This document shows positions 54,901-64,000 of a stretch of DNA of 64,000 bases, piece by piece (positions within the stretch are counted from its first letter, which is position 1; every line of letters starts with the position of its first letter). The notes below the pieces were generated by a model. That model worked only from the letters and a program-made list of their open reading frames with translations. It did no database searches and was not told the DNA's origin. The position numbers were made by a program, and so were the translations under genes. The stretch comes from Candidatus Nealsonbacteria bacterium (GTDB lineage: Bacteria > Patescibacteriota > Minisyncoccia > Minisyncoccales > PWPS01): positions 14,518 to 78,517 of the forward strand of contig PWEN01000033.1 in assembly GCA_003553505.1 (NCBI GenBank), written 5' to 3'.

Positions 54901-55197
54901 TACTCCCTTATCACCCAACAGCCCTTGGGAGGAAAGGCTCAGTTCGGTGGGCAGCGCTTTGGAGAGATGGAGGTTTGGGCTTTGGAAGGATACGGTGCCG
55001 CACATGCTCTGCAGGAAATGCTTACGGTCAAGTCTGACGATGTTCCCGGAAGAGCGGCGGCTTACGAGTCTATACTTAAAGGTGAGCCAATACAAAATCC
55101 TAATATTCCTGCGTCGTTTGAGCTCCTTGTTGCGGAGATGAAGGCGATGGGAATAAGTGTAGAGGTTAAAAAAAAGAAGGCTGAAGAAGCCAAATAA
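51991..55197 (+). CDS. rpoB: DNA-directed RNA polymerase subunit beta
   Basis: Long conserved ORF with GRHGNKGVIS and FGGQRFGEMEVWALEGYGA motifs; ATG 51991 preferred over the listed TTG 51976. Confidence 0.97.
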   Translation: MQKQKNFGKTKIFQPFPYLLAFQKESWEEFWNNRLSELFYEISPIRDYTGKEWELYFTNHKLGKPKYKNGKQAKENNDSYEAPLKADIELHNLKTKKVKKQEVFLCDFPLMTERGVFVINGVERVAVSQLIRSPGAFFTAQMMRGLKCFGVKIIPNRGTWLEFQAEPTGFLGVKIDRRRKVPATAFLRAIGLPGMEQPGWKGATDEEIKELFKDIDTGEMRYIEKTLERDSSKNRETGLVEVYKRMRPGDVVTPDTAKELIENTFLSFDRYDLSEVGRWRMRQRLPQTNTKEEINIEDRVLSPEDVVAVLREVIRMSNDPQAKEDEIDHLGNRRVRPFTELLENSLRVGLARIERSVKDKISTSDAEDMSPVKLVSSRPFAAAVQRFFSSSQVSQFMDNENPLAELEHKRRLTATGPGGLKRERAGFEARDVQASHYGRICPIQTPEGGNVGLVSQLSLYARVNRFGFLETPYFKVKKGKVTSDIQYLNAHEEENYIIAHGGTKVDKNGKITEERTEARIKGEPGMASREDVDFIDVSAEQLLSVGASAVPFIQNDDANRALMGANMQRQSVPLLNPEAPLVSTGIEETVARDSGHVIVAEEGGEVTSVDSKQVTVKSGKGEKRYDLDVFMESNQNTCFHHRPVVKKGDKVKKGQIITNGGAVSNGRLALGQNILVAFMSWRGRNFEDAVVISERLVKDDVYTSVHIENFVCDVRETKLGPEVTTADIPNVSEKKLKDLDEEGIVRIGAEVGPNDILVGKISPKGKTEFTAEERLLKAIFGEKAKDVKYTSLVMEHGKRGRVIGVKVFSRDDGHKMDTGVIKRIEVKVAQTRKIQAGDKLAGRHGNKGVISQVLPEEEMPFLEDGTPVDIVLNPLSVISRMNLGQILETHLGLAAKKGEYIAVTPSLSGAVDTDIKEELKNNDLPEDGKMSVFDGKSGDPFPGKMTVGYIYMMKLAHMVEDKIHMRSIGPYSLITQQPLGGKAQFGGQRFGEMEVWALEGYGAAHALQEMLTVKSDDVPGRAAAYESILKGEPIQNPNIPASFELLVAEMKAMGISVEVKKKKAEEAK

Positions 55198-55200
55198 AAT

Positions 55201-58200
55201 ATGCGTGTAGAAGATTTAGATTCCATTAGAGTAAAACTTGCTTCTCCGGAAAGTATACTGGAGTGGTCTCACGGAGAAGTGCTTGAGGCGGAAACAATAA
55301 ATTACCGCAATCAAAAACCTGAAAAGGACGGTCTTTTTTGCGAGAAGATATTTGGTCCTGAAAAAGACTATAAGTGTTATTGCGGGAAATATCGCAAAGT
55401 GAGATATAAGGGCGTTGTTTGTGATCGTTGTGGAGTAGAGGTTACTAAGGCCTCTGTGAGACGTGAGCGCATGGGCCATATAAAGCTTGCTTGTCCTGTT
55501 TCTCACATATGGTATCTGCGTGGCGTTCCTTCTAAGATGAGCCTCGTGCTTGATATTCCCATGAAGAATCTGGAGCGTGTAGTTTATTTTACCGCTTATA
55601 TAATAACAAGCGTTGACAAAGAAGAGAAAAAGAAAATACTTCGCGAAATAGACAAGGAGTACAAAAAGAAGGTAAAAGAGAAAAAGGAGCAACTAAAAGG
55701 GGAGTCTCTGCAGGAGGAGCTTGATCTATTAAACAAACAAAGAGAAGAGGCAAGAGAAGAGCTTAAGTCTATAAAAGAAATGAAAACGCTCTTTGAGGCG
55801 GAGTATCACCGTTTGCTCATGAAGTATGGCGAGATATTTAAGGCGGGAACGGGAGCGGAAACCTTGCGTGGTATGTTTGAAGGAATAGATGTAGAGGAGG
55901 AGATAGAGAAAATGAAAAAGGAGAAGGACAAAACTACTTCTTCTGCAAAAAGAAAAAAAGTCTTAAAGCGTCTCCACTTCTTTCGTAAGATGGAAAAAGC
56001 AAAGGTTCGTCCAGAGTGGATGCTTCTCAATACGCTTCCCGTTTTGCCTCCTGATCTTCGCCCCATAATACAGCTTGATGGCGGGAGATATGCGTCCTCT
56101 GACCTCAACGATCTCTACAGGAGAGTTATAAACAGAAACAACAGACTCAAGTATCTTTTAGAAATAAGCGCCCCGGAAGTTATTGTTAGAAACGAGAAGC
56201 GTATGTTGCAAGAGGCGGTTGATGCTCTCATTGATAATCAGATGCGCAAAGGGGTTGTTACACAGGCCTCTACTGGAGGAAAGCGTCTTTTGAAATCCCT
56301 TGCAGATATGCTTAAAGGAAAACAAGGAAGATTTAGGCAGAATCTTTTAGGTAAACGTGTCGATTACTCCGGGAGATCGGTGATCGTAGTTGGTCCTGAT
56401 CTAAGACTTAATCAAGTAGGGCTTCCCAAAAAACTTGCCCTGGAGATATTTAAGCCTTTTATTATCTCCAGAATACTGGAAGAAAGGCTTGCTTATAATG
56501 TACGTGGAGCAACACGTCTTATAGAAGAAGAAACGGACGAGGTTTGGGCGATACTGGAGGAAGTAGTAAAAAACAAGGCTGTGCTTTTGAATCGCGCTCC
56601 CACACTTCATCGTCTCGGAATACAGGCGTTTGAGCCGGTGCTTGTGGAAGGACTCGCGATACGCATTCATCCCTTTGTTTGTGAAGCTTTTAACGCTGAC
56701 TTTGACGGGGACCAGATGGCGGTTCATCTTCCGCTGTCTGAAGAAGCACAAAAAGAAGCAAAAGAGATAATGCTTTCGTCTTTGAATCTTTTAAAGCCTG
56801 CTACCGGACTGCCGGTGGTCTCTCCTTCTCAAGATGTGGTTCTTGGATGTTATTGGCTTACCATGATTAAGGAAAACAGCAAAGGAGAGGGAAGTTACTT
56901 CTCTTCTGGAGATGAGGCAGAGCTTGCTTTTGAGGCGGGAAAGATAGAGTTGCACTCCAAAATAAATGTGCTCATAGAAGGAGAAATGACAGAGACAAGC
57001 CTTGGAAGAGTTATTTTCAACAAAGCTCTTCCGGAAAACATCCCTTTCTTGAATAAATTAATGAACTCCAAAGAGCTAAAGAGAGCTGTAGGAAAGATAA
57101 TACAAGAACATGACGACAACAATGAGGCGCACCTCCTTTTGGACAAAATAAAAGATACCGGGTTTAAGTATGCCACAAAATCAGGTGTTTCTATGGGCAT
57201 GGATGATCTTGTTATTCCTGAAGAAAAGAAAGAGATCATGAGTACGGCGGAAGAAGAAGTAAAAAAGGCGGAAAACTATTTTCATCAAGGACTTTTTTCT
57301 GAAGAAGAAAAGAAAGACAAGATAACAGAGATATGGAGCAGAGCAAAAACAAGACTGGAAAGTCATGTTCCGGAAGCTCTTCCAAAGGATGGATCGATAT
57401 TTATAATAACAGACTCTAAGGCAAGAGGCTCGTGGTCTCAACCGATACAGATGGCGGGAATGAAAGGGCTTGTGGTTAACCCTTCAGGAGACATCATAAA
57501 TCTTCCTGTTAAGAGCTCTTTCAAGGAAGGGTTTGATGTTCTTGAGTATTTTATATCAACTCACGGAGCAAGAAAGGGTACAGTTGATACGGCGCTTAGA
57601 ACCGCTACTGCTGGATATCTTACCCGGCGTCTTATTGATGTGGCTCATGAGGTGATCGTTATAGAAGAGGATTGTGGAGATGGAAGCGGAATAGAGATAA
57701 AAAGAGAAGAAGCAGAGAGCATTGATCAAGACTTTTCCTTTAAGATAGTTGGAAGAACGACACTTGAAGATATAAAGATCGGAAACGAAGTAGTTGTCAA
57801 GAAAGGAGACATAATAGGAATAAGAAAAGCACGCCGCATATCCAGGTCAGACATTGAATCTGTAAGAGTGAGGTCTGTGCTTAGTTGTGCGACTGTGGGA
57901 GGGGTTTGTGTGAAATGTTACGGATGGGATATGGGGTACAATAAGCCTGTAAAAGTGGGGCAAGCAGTTGGAATTGTTGCCGCACAAGCGATCGGAGAAC
58001 CAGGAACGCAGCTCACAATGAGAACATTTCATACAGGAGGAGTTGCCGGAGGTGCGGATATAACTATGGGACTTCCTCGTGTACAGGAAGTGTTTGAGAG
58101 GCGTGTTCCTAAGGGACAAACACATATCTGTGATGTTGATGGAAAGGTGGTCGAGATCACGGAAGACAAAGTGATAAAGATAAAGCCGGATGGAGAAAAG

Positions 58201-58752
58201 AAGAATATAAAGTATCAGATCGAGCCTAAGAAAGCCATATACGTGGAAAAGGGCGATAGAGTAAAAAAGGGAGAGCCGTTGTGTGAGGGTAATTTGGACC
58301 TAAACAAGCTTTTCAGGTTAAAAGGAACAGAAGAAACTCAAAAGCATATCTTGAAAGAAGCACAGTACGTGTATGTTTCTCAGGGAGTGGATATTCACGA
58401 CAAGCACATAGAGATAATCGTGCGACAGATGCTCAGCAGGGTGAATATAAAAGATGCCGGAGACAGCATATTTACTGCAAAAGAAGTTGTTGAAAGAGTG
58501 CGATATGAAGAAGTGCGCCGTGAAATGATAGAGAAAGGCATGAATCCTCCCGTGGGCGAAACGGTGCTTCTCGGAATATCGAAAGTCGCCCTCAGTACAG
58601 ACTCTTTCCTTTCCGCGGCTTCTTTTCAACAAACCTCACGTGTACTCATAGAGGCTTCCTTGGAAGCGAAAGTGGATCACTTAAAGGGGCTTAAGGAAAA
58701 TGTGATCATCGGTAAGCTTATACCAGCCGGAACAGGATTCAAGAAAGAGTAG
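55201..58752 (+). CDS. rpoC: DNA-directed RNA polymerase subunit beta'
   Basis: Zn finger CYCGKY...CDRCG, active site NADFDGDQMAVH. Confidence 0.97.
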   Translation: MRVEDLDSIRVKLASPESILEWSHGEVLEAETINYRNQKPEKDGLFCEKIFGPEKDYKCYCGKYRKVRYKGVVCDRCGVEVTKASVRRERMGHIKLACPVSHIWYLRGVPSKMSLVLDIPMKNLERVVYFTAYIITSVDKEEKKKILREIDKEYKKKVKEKKEQLKGESLQEELDLLNKQREEAREELKSIKEMKTLFEAEYHRLLMKYGEIFKAGTGAETLRGMFEGIDVEEEIEKMKKEKDKTTSSAKRKKVLKRLHFFRKMEKAKVRPEWMLLNTLPVLPPDLRPIIQLDGGRYASSDLNDLYRRVINRNNRLKYLLEISAPEVIVRNEKRMLQEAVDALIDNQMRKGVVTQASTGGKRLLKSLADMLKGKQGRFRQNLLGKRVDYSGRSVIVVGPDLRLNQVGLPKKLALEIFKPFIISRILEERLAYNVRGATRLIEEETDEVWAILEEVVKNKAVLLNRAPTLHRLGIQAFEPVLVEGLAIRIHPFVCEAFNADFDGDQMAVHLPLSEEAQKEAKEIMLSSLNLLKPATGLPVVSPSQDVVLGCYWLTMIKENSKGEGSYFSSGDEAELAFEAGKIELHSKINVLIEGEMTETSLGRVIFNKALPENIPFLNKLMNSKELKRAVGKIIQEHDDNNEAHLLLDKIKDTGFKYATKSGVSMGMDDLVIPEEKKEIMSTAEEEVKKAENYFHQGLFSEEEKKDKITEIWSRAKTRLESHVPEALPKDGSIFIITDSKARGSWSQPIQMAGMKGLVVNPSGDIINLPVKSSFKEGFDVLEYFISTHGARKGTVDTALRTATAGYLTRRLIDVAHEVIVIEEDCGDGSGIEIKREEAESIDQDFSFKIVGRTTLEDIKIGNEVVVKKGDIIGIRKARRISRSDIESVRVRSVLSCATVGGVCVKCYGWDMGYNKPVKVGQAVGIVAAQAIGEPGTQLTMRTFHTGGVAGGADITMGLPRVQEVFERRVPKGQTHICDVDGKVVEITEDKVIKIKPDGEKKNIKYQIEPKKAIYVEKGDRVKKGEPLCEGNLDLNKLFRLKGTEETQKHILKEAQYVYVSQGVDIHDKHIEIIVRQMLSRVNIKDAGDSIFTAKEVVERVRYEEVRREMIEKGMNPPVGETVLLGISKVALSTDSFLSAASFQQTSRVLIEASLEAKVDHLKGLKENVIIGKLIPAGTGFKKE

Positions 58753-58772
58753 TTTTTCAAACTGCTCTTTTG

Positions 58773-58781
58773 TGCTAGAAT
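58773..58781 (+). promoter_or_regulatory. extended -10 TGcTAGAAT for ftsK (leaderless arrangement)
   Basis: tgctagaat ends 10 nt before ATG 58791. Confidence 0.5.
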
Positions 58782-58790
58782 GAACCCTGT

Positions 58791-60851
58791 ATGGCAAAAA
58801 AGAAAAAGACAGAAAAGAAGAAAGAACCCGTTTTGCCGGGGAGAACAAAAAGGGTTATTGCCGGAATGGGCTTTGTCCTGCTCTCCATAGTTACCGCTCT
58901 TGGTTTTATAGATAAAGCCGGAAAAGGAGGAGAGGTGCTGTCTTTTATTTTCAAAGACTTTCTTATGGGAAGAGCTTCTCTGCTTCTTCCCGTTGTTTTT
59001 TTCTTGTGTGCTCTTGTTTTTTTTCGCACTCACCAAAAAAGATTCGTATTGCCTCTTTTTATCTCTGTTATTGTCTTTGTGACTGGTTTTACGGCCATAT
59101 TGGGACAGTTTGACACGGGGGGTTGGTGGGGTGGCTTTGTTTACTCTCCTGTGGAGAGCATACTGGGAAGTATTACCGCAAATATAGTTTTTATTTTTGT
59201 TTCTTTTGCTGGCGTGTTTATTTTTCTAAATCTTCTTTATGAAGATTTTTCGCTTTACTCTTTTATAAAAGATCTTTTTGCAAAAGAGGAGTATTCTGAT
59301 CCTTCTATTATGCGCAAGATATTTGTTGCTCCCTCTTTTGAAACAAAAAAGAAGAAAGAAGAAGCAGAAGAAGACCCTATTCCCGTAAAAAATGTATCAC
59401 AACCTAAAAAAGAGAACTTTCCCGGGCTTATTCCTCCATTTGACCTTCTTAGTATGGGAGATGAGGAGCCGGATCCGGGAGACACGAAAAGAAACTCTTC
59501 TATTATAAAAAAGACGCTCGGTGATTTTGATATTCCCGTTAGTATGGGAGAGATAAATGTGGGACCTGCTGTTACGCAGTATACGCTAAAGCCTGCGGAA
59601 GGAATAAAGCTTACAAAAATAACCTCTCTCTCTGATGATCTTGCGCTTGCTCTTGCTATGCACCCTGTTCGCACGGAAGCCCCTATCCCCGGAAAGTCGC
59701 TTGTAGGAATAGAGGTCCCTAACAGAAAAAGAGCACAAATAACGCTTGGAGGGCTCATAAAGGCTAAAAAGTTTGAAAACAGCTCTCCTCTTACTTTTGT
59801 TGTCGGCAAGGATGTTTCCGGTTATCCTGTATATACTGACCTTTCCAAGATGCCTCACTTGCTTGTTTCCGGTTCTACGGGCAGTGGTAAAACGATATTT
59901 TTAAACACGCTTATATTGAGCCTTATATACAAGAACTCTCCGCAAGATCTTCGTGTTGTTATGGTTGACCCTAAGAGAGTAGAGTTTTCTCTTTATGCTC
60001 ATTTGCCGCACCTTTTAACGCCTGTGATATATGACGCGTCCAAAGCTTCAAATGCCATGGAGTGGCTTGTAGGAGAAATGGAGCGTCGCTTTAAAGTGCT
60101 TGCGGAAGCAGGAAAAAGAGACATTAACGGCTACCGTGAACTGAAAGACAAGAATCTTGAGAACATGCCCTATATTATGCTTATTGTGGACGAGCTTGCC
60201 GATCTTATGGCATCTAAGGGAAACGAGATAGAGGGATACATAGTTCGCGTGGCTCAGATGGCGCGTGCAGTTGGCATACATCTTGTTTTAGCTACACAGC
60301 GTCCTTCCGTAGAAGTGATCACGGGACTAATAAAGGCGAACATTACGGCAAGGATAAGTTTTCGTGTTGCTTCCCAGATAGACTCACGTACGGTTCTTGA
60401 TATGGGGGGAGCAGAAAAGCTTCTTGGATCCGGAGACATGCTTTTACTCTCTGCGGAAAATGCAAAACCGAGACGTGTGCAAGCTCCATACATATCTGAA
60501 AAAGAGATAAAAAACGTTTTAAATTGGCTTAAAGAGAACACTCCTAGCGATGAGGATGACAGTCTTGCAGAAAATATTGAACAATCTCTTGAGCACGCGG
60601 AAGAAAAGGACATGTATGCCGGAGAAGAGGGCGACGACGATCCTTTGTATGATGAGGCGCGCAAGCTCGTTATAGAGTCCAAGAAAGCGTCTGCTTCGTT
60701 TTTGCAAAGAAGGTTGCGCATAGGGTATGTGCGTTCTGCGCGCCTTATTGATATTTTAGAGAGAAGAGGGGTTGTTGGTCCCGCAGAGGGAGCCAAGCCG
60801 CGCGACATATATGTAGAAAATAATGACGATGATATTTGGGATAAAGTTTAA
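58791..60851 (+). CDS. ftsK: DNA translocase FtsK/SpoIIIE
   Basis: Four N-terminal TMs, Walker A GSTGSGKT, Walker B LIVDELADL, C-terminal gamma winged helix (SASFLQRRLRIGYVRSARLID). Confidence 0.95.
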   Translation: MAKKKKTEKKKEPVLPGRTKRVIAGMGFVLLSIVTALGFIDKAGKGGEVLSFIFKDFLMGRASLLLPVVFFLCALVFFRTHQKRFVLPLFISVIVFVTGFTAILGQFDTGGWWGGFVYSPVESILGSITANIVFIFVSFAGVFIFLNLLYEDFSLYSFIKDLFAKEEYSDPSIMRKIFVAPSFETKKKKEEAEEDPIPVKNVSQPKKENFPGLIPPFDLLSMGDEEPDPGDTKRNSSIIKKTLGDFDIPVSMGEINVGPAVTQYTLKPAEGIKLTKITSLSDDLALALAMHPVRTEAPIPGKSLVGIEVPNRKRAQITLGGLIKAKKFENSSPLTFVVGKDVSGYPVYTDLSKMPHLLVSGSTGSGKTIFLNTLILSLIYKNSPQDLRVVMVDPKRVEFSLYAHLPHLLTPVIYDASKASNAMEWLVGEMERRFKVLAEAGKRDINGYRELKDKNLENMPYIMLIVDELADLMASKGNEIEGYIVRVAQMARAVGIHLVLATQRPSVEVITGLIKANITARISFRVASQIDSRTVLDMGGAEKLLGSGDMLLLSAENAKPRRVQAPYISEKEIKNVLNWLKENTPSDEDDSLAENIEQSLEHAEEKDMYAGEEGDDDPLYDEARKLVIESKKASASFLQRRLRIGYVRSARLIDILERRGVVGPAEGAKPRDIYVENNDDDIWDKV

Positions 60852-60857
60852 AAATAT

Positions 60858-61850
60858 ATGAGCAAAAAAAAGGATAACAAAAAAAACTTGGAAGAAGCTA
60901 TTAACGAAATAAAGCAACGTTTCGGAGAAGGATCTCTGATGAAGTTTGAAGACATGAGAGCTGTGGATGTGGACACTATTTCTACAGGATCCATTTCTCT
61001 TGATAGAGCTCTCGGAGTAGGAGGAGTTCCTCGAGGGAGGGTTGTAGAGATATTTGGAAACGCCTCTACCGGAAAAACGACCCTTTCTCTGCACATTCTT
61101 TCTGAGGCACAGAAAAAAGGTGGAGTAGCGGCGTTTATAGACGTGGAAAACGCCCTTGATCCGCATTATGCAAAACGTATCGGGGTAAATGTTGATGATC
61201 TTCTTATTTCACAACCCGACTCGGGAGAGCAGGCGTTGCAAATAGTGGAAACCTTGGTGCGCTCCGGAGAGGTTGACGTTATTGTTGTTGACTCTGTTGC
61301 CGCCCTTGTTCCCAAGACAGAGATAATGGGAGAGATGGGAGAGTTTCAAGTAGGATTGCAGGCGCGTTTAATGTCTGCCGCACTAAGAAAGCTTTCCAAG
61401 ATAATATCTGATACAGGCACCGTGGTCGTTTTTCTGAATCAGACACGCATGAATATTGGGCAGCGCTTTGGCAATCCGCAAACTACCTCTGGAGGAATTG
61501 CCCTTAAGTTTTATTCTTCTGTAAGAATCAGTCTTAGTAGTGTGGCACAGATAAAGAGCAAGGAAGAGATTATTGGAAACAGAATAAAAGCAAAAGTTGT
61601 TAAGAATAAAGTGGGTGCTCCTTTTCGTGAAGGAGAGTTTGATGTTTACTACAATGAAGGTATATCGCGCTATGGAGAGATAATAAATATGGGGCTGAAA
61701 ACAAAAGTGATAACAAAGAGCGGTGCTTGGTATAACTACGGAGACACAAAGTTGGGGCAAGGACCTGAAAAATCAAAAGAGTTTTTAAGAGAAAACCCCC
61801 AAATAATGGGGGAGATAGAGAAAGAAATAAAGGAGGCGATCAAAGATTAG
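60858..61850 (+). CDS. recA: recombinase RecA
   Basis: Walker [21 protein letters not shown]2 region [20 protein letters not shown]. Confidence 0.97.
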   Translation: MSKKKDNKKNLEEAINEIKQRFGEGSLMKFEDMRAVDVDTISTGSISLDRALGVGGVPRGRVVEIFGNASTGKTTLSLHILSEAQKKGGVAAFIDVENALDPHYAKRIGVNVDDLLISQPDSGEQALQIVETLVRSGEVDVIVVDSVAALVPKTEIMGEMGEFQVGLQARLMSAALRKLSKIISDTGTVVVFLNQTRMNIGQRFGNPQTTSGGIALKFYSSVRISLSSVAQIKSKEEIIGNRIKAKVVKNKVGAPFREGEFDVYYNEGISRYGEIINMGLKTKVITKSGAWYNYGDTKLGQGPEKSKEFLRENPQIMGEIEKEIKEAIKD

Positions 61851-62037
61851 TGTAGGGCATAAGAGCCAAGTGTCGTGCTCTCTTTATTGCTGTTTTTAGC
61901 TTTCTTTGGTGCTTGGCACAGACGCCGGTCTTTTTTCTCGGTCTTATCTTGTGCATTTCAGAAGTGAATCTCGAAAGTTGATCGGTGTTCTTGAAATCGA
62001 TCTTTTTTATATTGTTTTGGCAAAAATAACACTGCAT
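61840..62037 (-). CDS. rpsR: 30S ribosomal protein S18
   Basis: CYFC...IDFKN...LSRF...[33 protein letters not shown]. Confidence 0.93.
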   Translation of the reverse strand: MQCYFCQNNIKKIDFKNTDQLSRFTSEMHKIRPRKKTGVCAKHQRKLKTAIKRARHLALMPYTNL

Positions 62038-62039
62038 AC

Positions 62040-62863
<824 letters not shown>

Positions 62864-62914
62864 AGTAAGCTTAATAATAGCATTTTTGAGTGTTTGGGTC
62901 AAATTAAAGCGCTG

Positions 62915-62923
62915 TGCTAGAAT
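62915..62923 (+). promoter_or_regulatory. extended -10 TGcTAGAAT for the phosphohexomutase gene (leaderless arrangement)
   Basis: tgctagaat ends 9 nt before ATG 62932. Confidence 0.5.
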
Positions 62924-62931
62924 CACTAATA

Positions 62932-64000
62932 ATGAACAAAGAGGTCTTTAAAGCTTACGACATCAGAGGCGTTTATCCGCAAGAGATAAATGAAGAAACC
63001 GCGTATCTTGCGGCGAGAGCATTTTTTGTTTTTTTAGAAGGAGGCAAGGTGGTCGTTGGAAGAGATGGAAGAAACTCTTCACCCGGCATATTTGAGGCGG
63101 TGTGTAAAGGCATTATTGACTCGGGAGGGAGTGTTATAAATATTGGCATTACCAACACTCCTCTTTTGAATTTCAGCGTTGCTAATAAGAGATACAAGGG
63201 AGGTGTTATGATTACGGCATCTCACAACCCGCCTGAGTTCAATGGAATGAAGCTCATCAAGGAAAACGCTCTTCAGGTTTACGGAGAAGATATACAAAAA
63301 ATAAGAAGAATAGCGGAAAAAGGTGACTTCTTGAAAGGAAAAGGAGAAATGATTCCTTTTGATCCTCTCCCGGAGTACTTAGAGCATATGGAAAGTTTTT
63401 GTGATAACCTCGATGGCTTGAAGGTTGTGGTGGACTGTGCAAACGGGGTTGCCGGCATAAGCGCTGTTCCTTTTCTCTCAAATACTCATGCAGAGGTTGT
63501 TTTTATGAATGAAAAAGTGGATGGTGACTTTCCAAACTATCAAGCAAACCCTCAAAACCCAGAAAACATGAAAGCGCTTCAAGAAAGGGTTTTGCAAGAA
63601 AGGGCTCATGTGGGTATTTTCTTTGATGGCGATGGAGACAGAAGTGTTATGGTAAACCAAAAAGGGGAGTTAGTTTCAATGGATACACTTCTTATTCTCC
63701 TTGCGCAGGAAGAGTTGTCAGGCAAGCCGAATGAAAAGATTTATTACGACCTACGTTTTTCGCGTCTTGTCAAAGAAAAAATAAAAGAGCATGGAGGAGT
63801 TCCTGTGATGATGAGGGTTGGCAATCCTTTCTACAAAGAGAAGTTGTTCATTGAAGGGGGTGCTATGGGAGCAGAGCTGTCTGGCCATGTCATGTTTAAA
63901 GACAATTACTGCATAGACGATGGACTGTTTGCTTTTGTAAAAACGGCAAATCTTTTAAAGAAGGGAGAGCTCTTAGAAAAAGAGGGGGGCTATTTTCAAA
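62932..64000 (+). CDS. phosphomannomutase/phosphoglucomutase (alpha-D-phosphohexomutase), 3'-partial
   Basis: Not in the ORF track because it has no stop in the window. My translation: MNKEVFKAYDIRGVYPQEI..., active-site TASHNP, metal site FDGDGDR, GAELSGH. Open to nt 64000. Confidence 0.9.
   Translation, partial: MNKEVFKAYDIRGVYPQEINEETAYLAARAFFVFLEGGKVVVGRDGRNSSPGIFEAVCKGIIDSGGSVINIGITNTPLLNFSVANKRYKGGVMITASHNPPEFNGMKLIKENALQVYGEDIQKIRRIAEKGDFLKGKGEMIPFDPLPEYLEHMESFCDNLDGLKVVVDCANGVAGISAVPFLSNTHAEVVFMNEKVDGDFPNYQANPQNPENMKALQERVLQERAHVGIFFDGDGDRSVMVNQKGELVSMDTLLILLAQEELSGKPNEKIYYDLRFSRLVKEKIKEHGGVPVMMRVGNPFYKEKLFIEGGAMGAELSGHVMFKDNYCIDDGLFAFVKTANLLKKGELLEKEGGYFQ

Overview
Gene-dense chromosomal segment with no recognisable mobile element. 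It spans the replication-origin gene set (jag-yidC-rnpA-rpmH | dnaA-dnaN). The source looks like a reduced-genome, CPR/Patescibacteria-type bacterium. That is an inference from a short IF-2, many 1-4 nt gene overlaps, VirB2-like pilins and ATA-rich codon usage. I support about 60 protein genes. Housekeeping examples are rsmA, PBP1A, ruvC/ruvB, tsaE/tsaD, infB, ftsH, rpsA, gyrA, recG, ligA, rpoB/rpoC, ftsK, recA and rpsF-ssb-rpsR. The window also holds 18 tRNA genes in seven clusters, an unlisted rpmH, several intrinsic terminators, and a recurring extended -10 promoter placed for leaderless translation. The most interesting content is a stripped-down, chromosomally fixed type-IV-secretion-like module at 8.2-16.8 kb: a pilin-fusion protein, a VirB6-like protein, a PrgI/VirB3-like protein and a VirB4 ATPase. 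The window contains no relaxase, coupling protein or integrase. Just upstream sits a 2,116-aa hyper-acidic membrane-anchored giant protein. Three tandem VirB2-like pilin paralogs lie 22 kb away. Other oddities: a lamin-tail-domain protein in the usual ruvA slot, a prepilin-peptidase homolog apparently lacking both catalytic Asp, an in-frame TGA in the SEDS (rodA/ftsW) gene, tRNA-Ile(UAU) and tRNA-Arg(GCG), an [FeFe]-hydrogenase, and a very AT-rich block around dnaA/dnaN. All calls come from reading the sequence and recalling family motifs; no searches were run.
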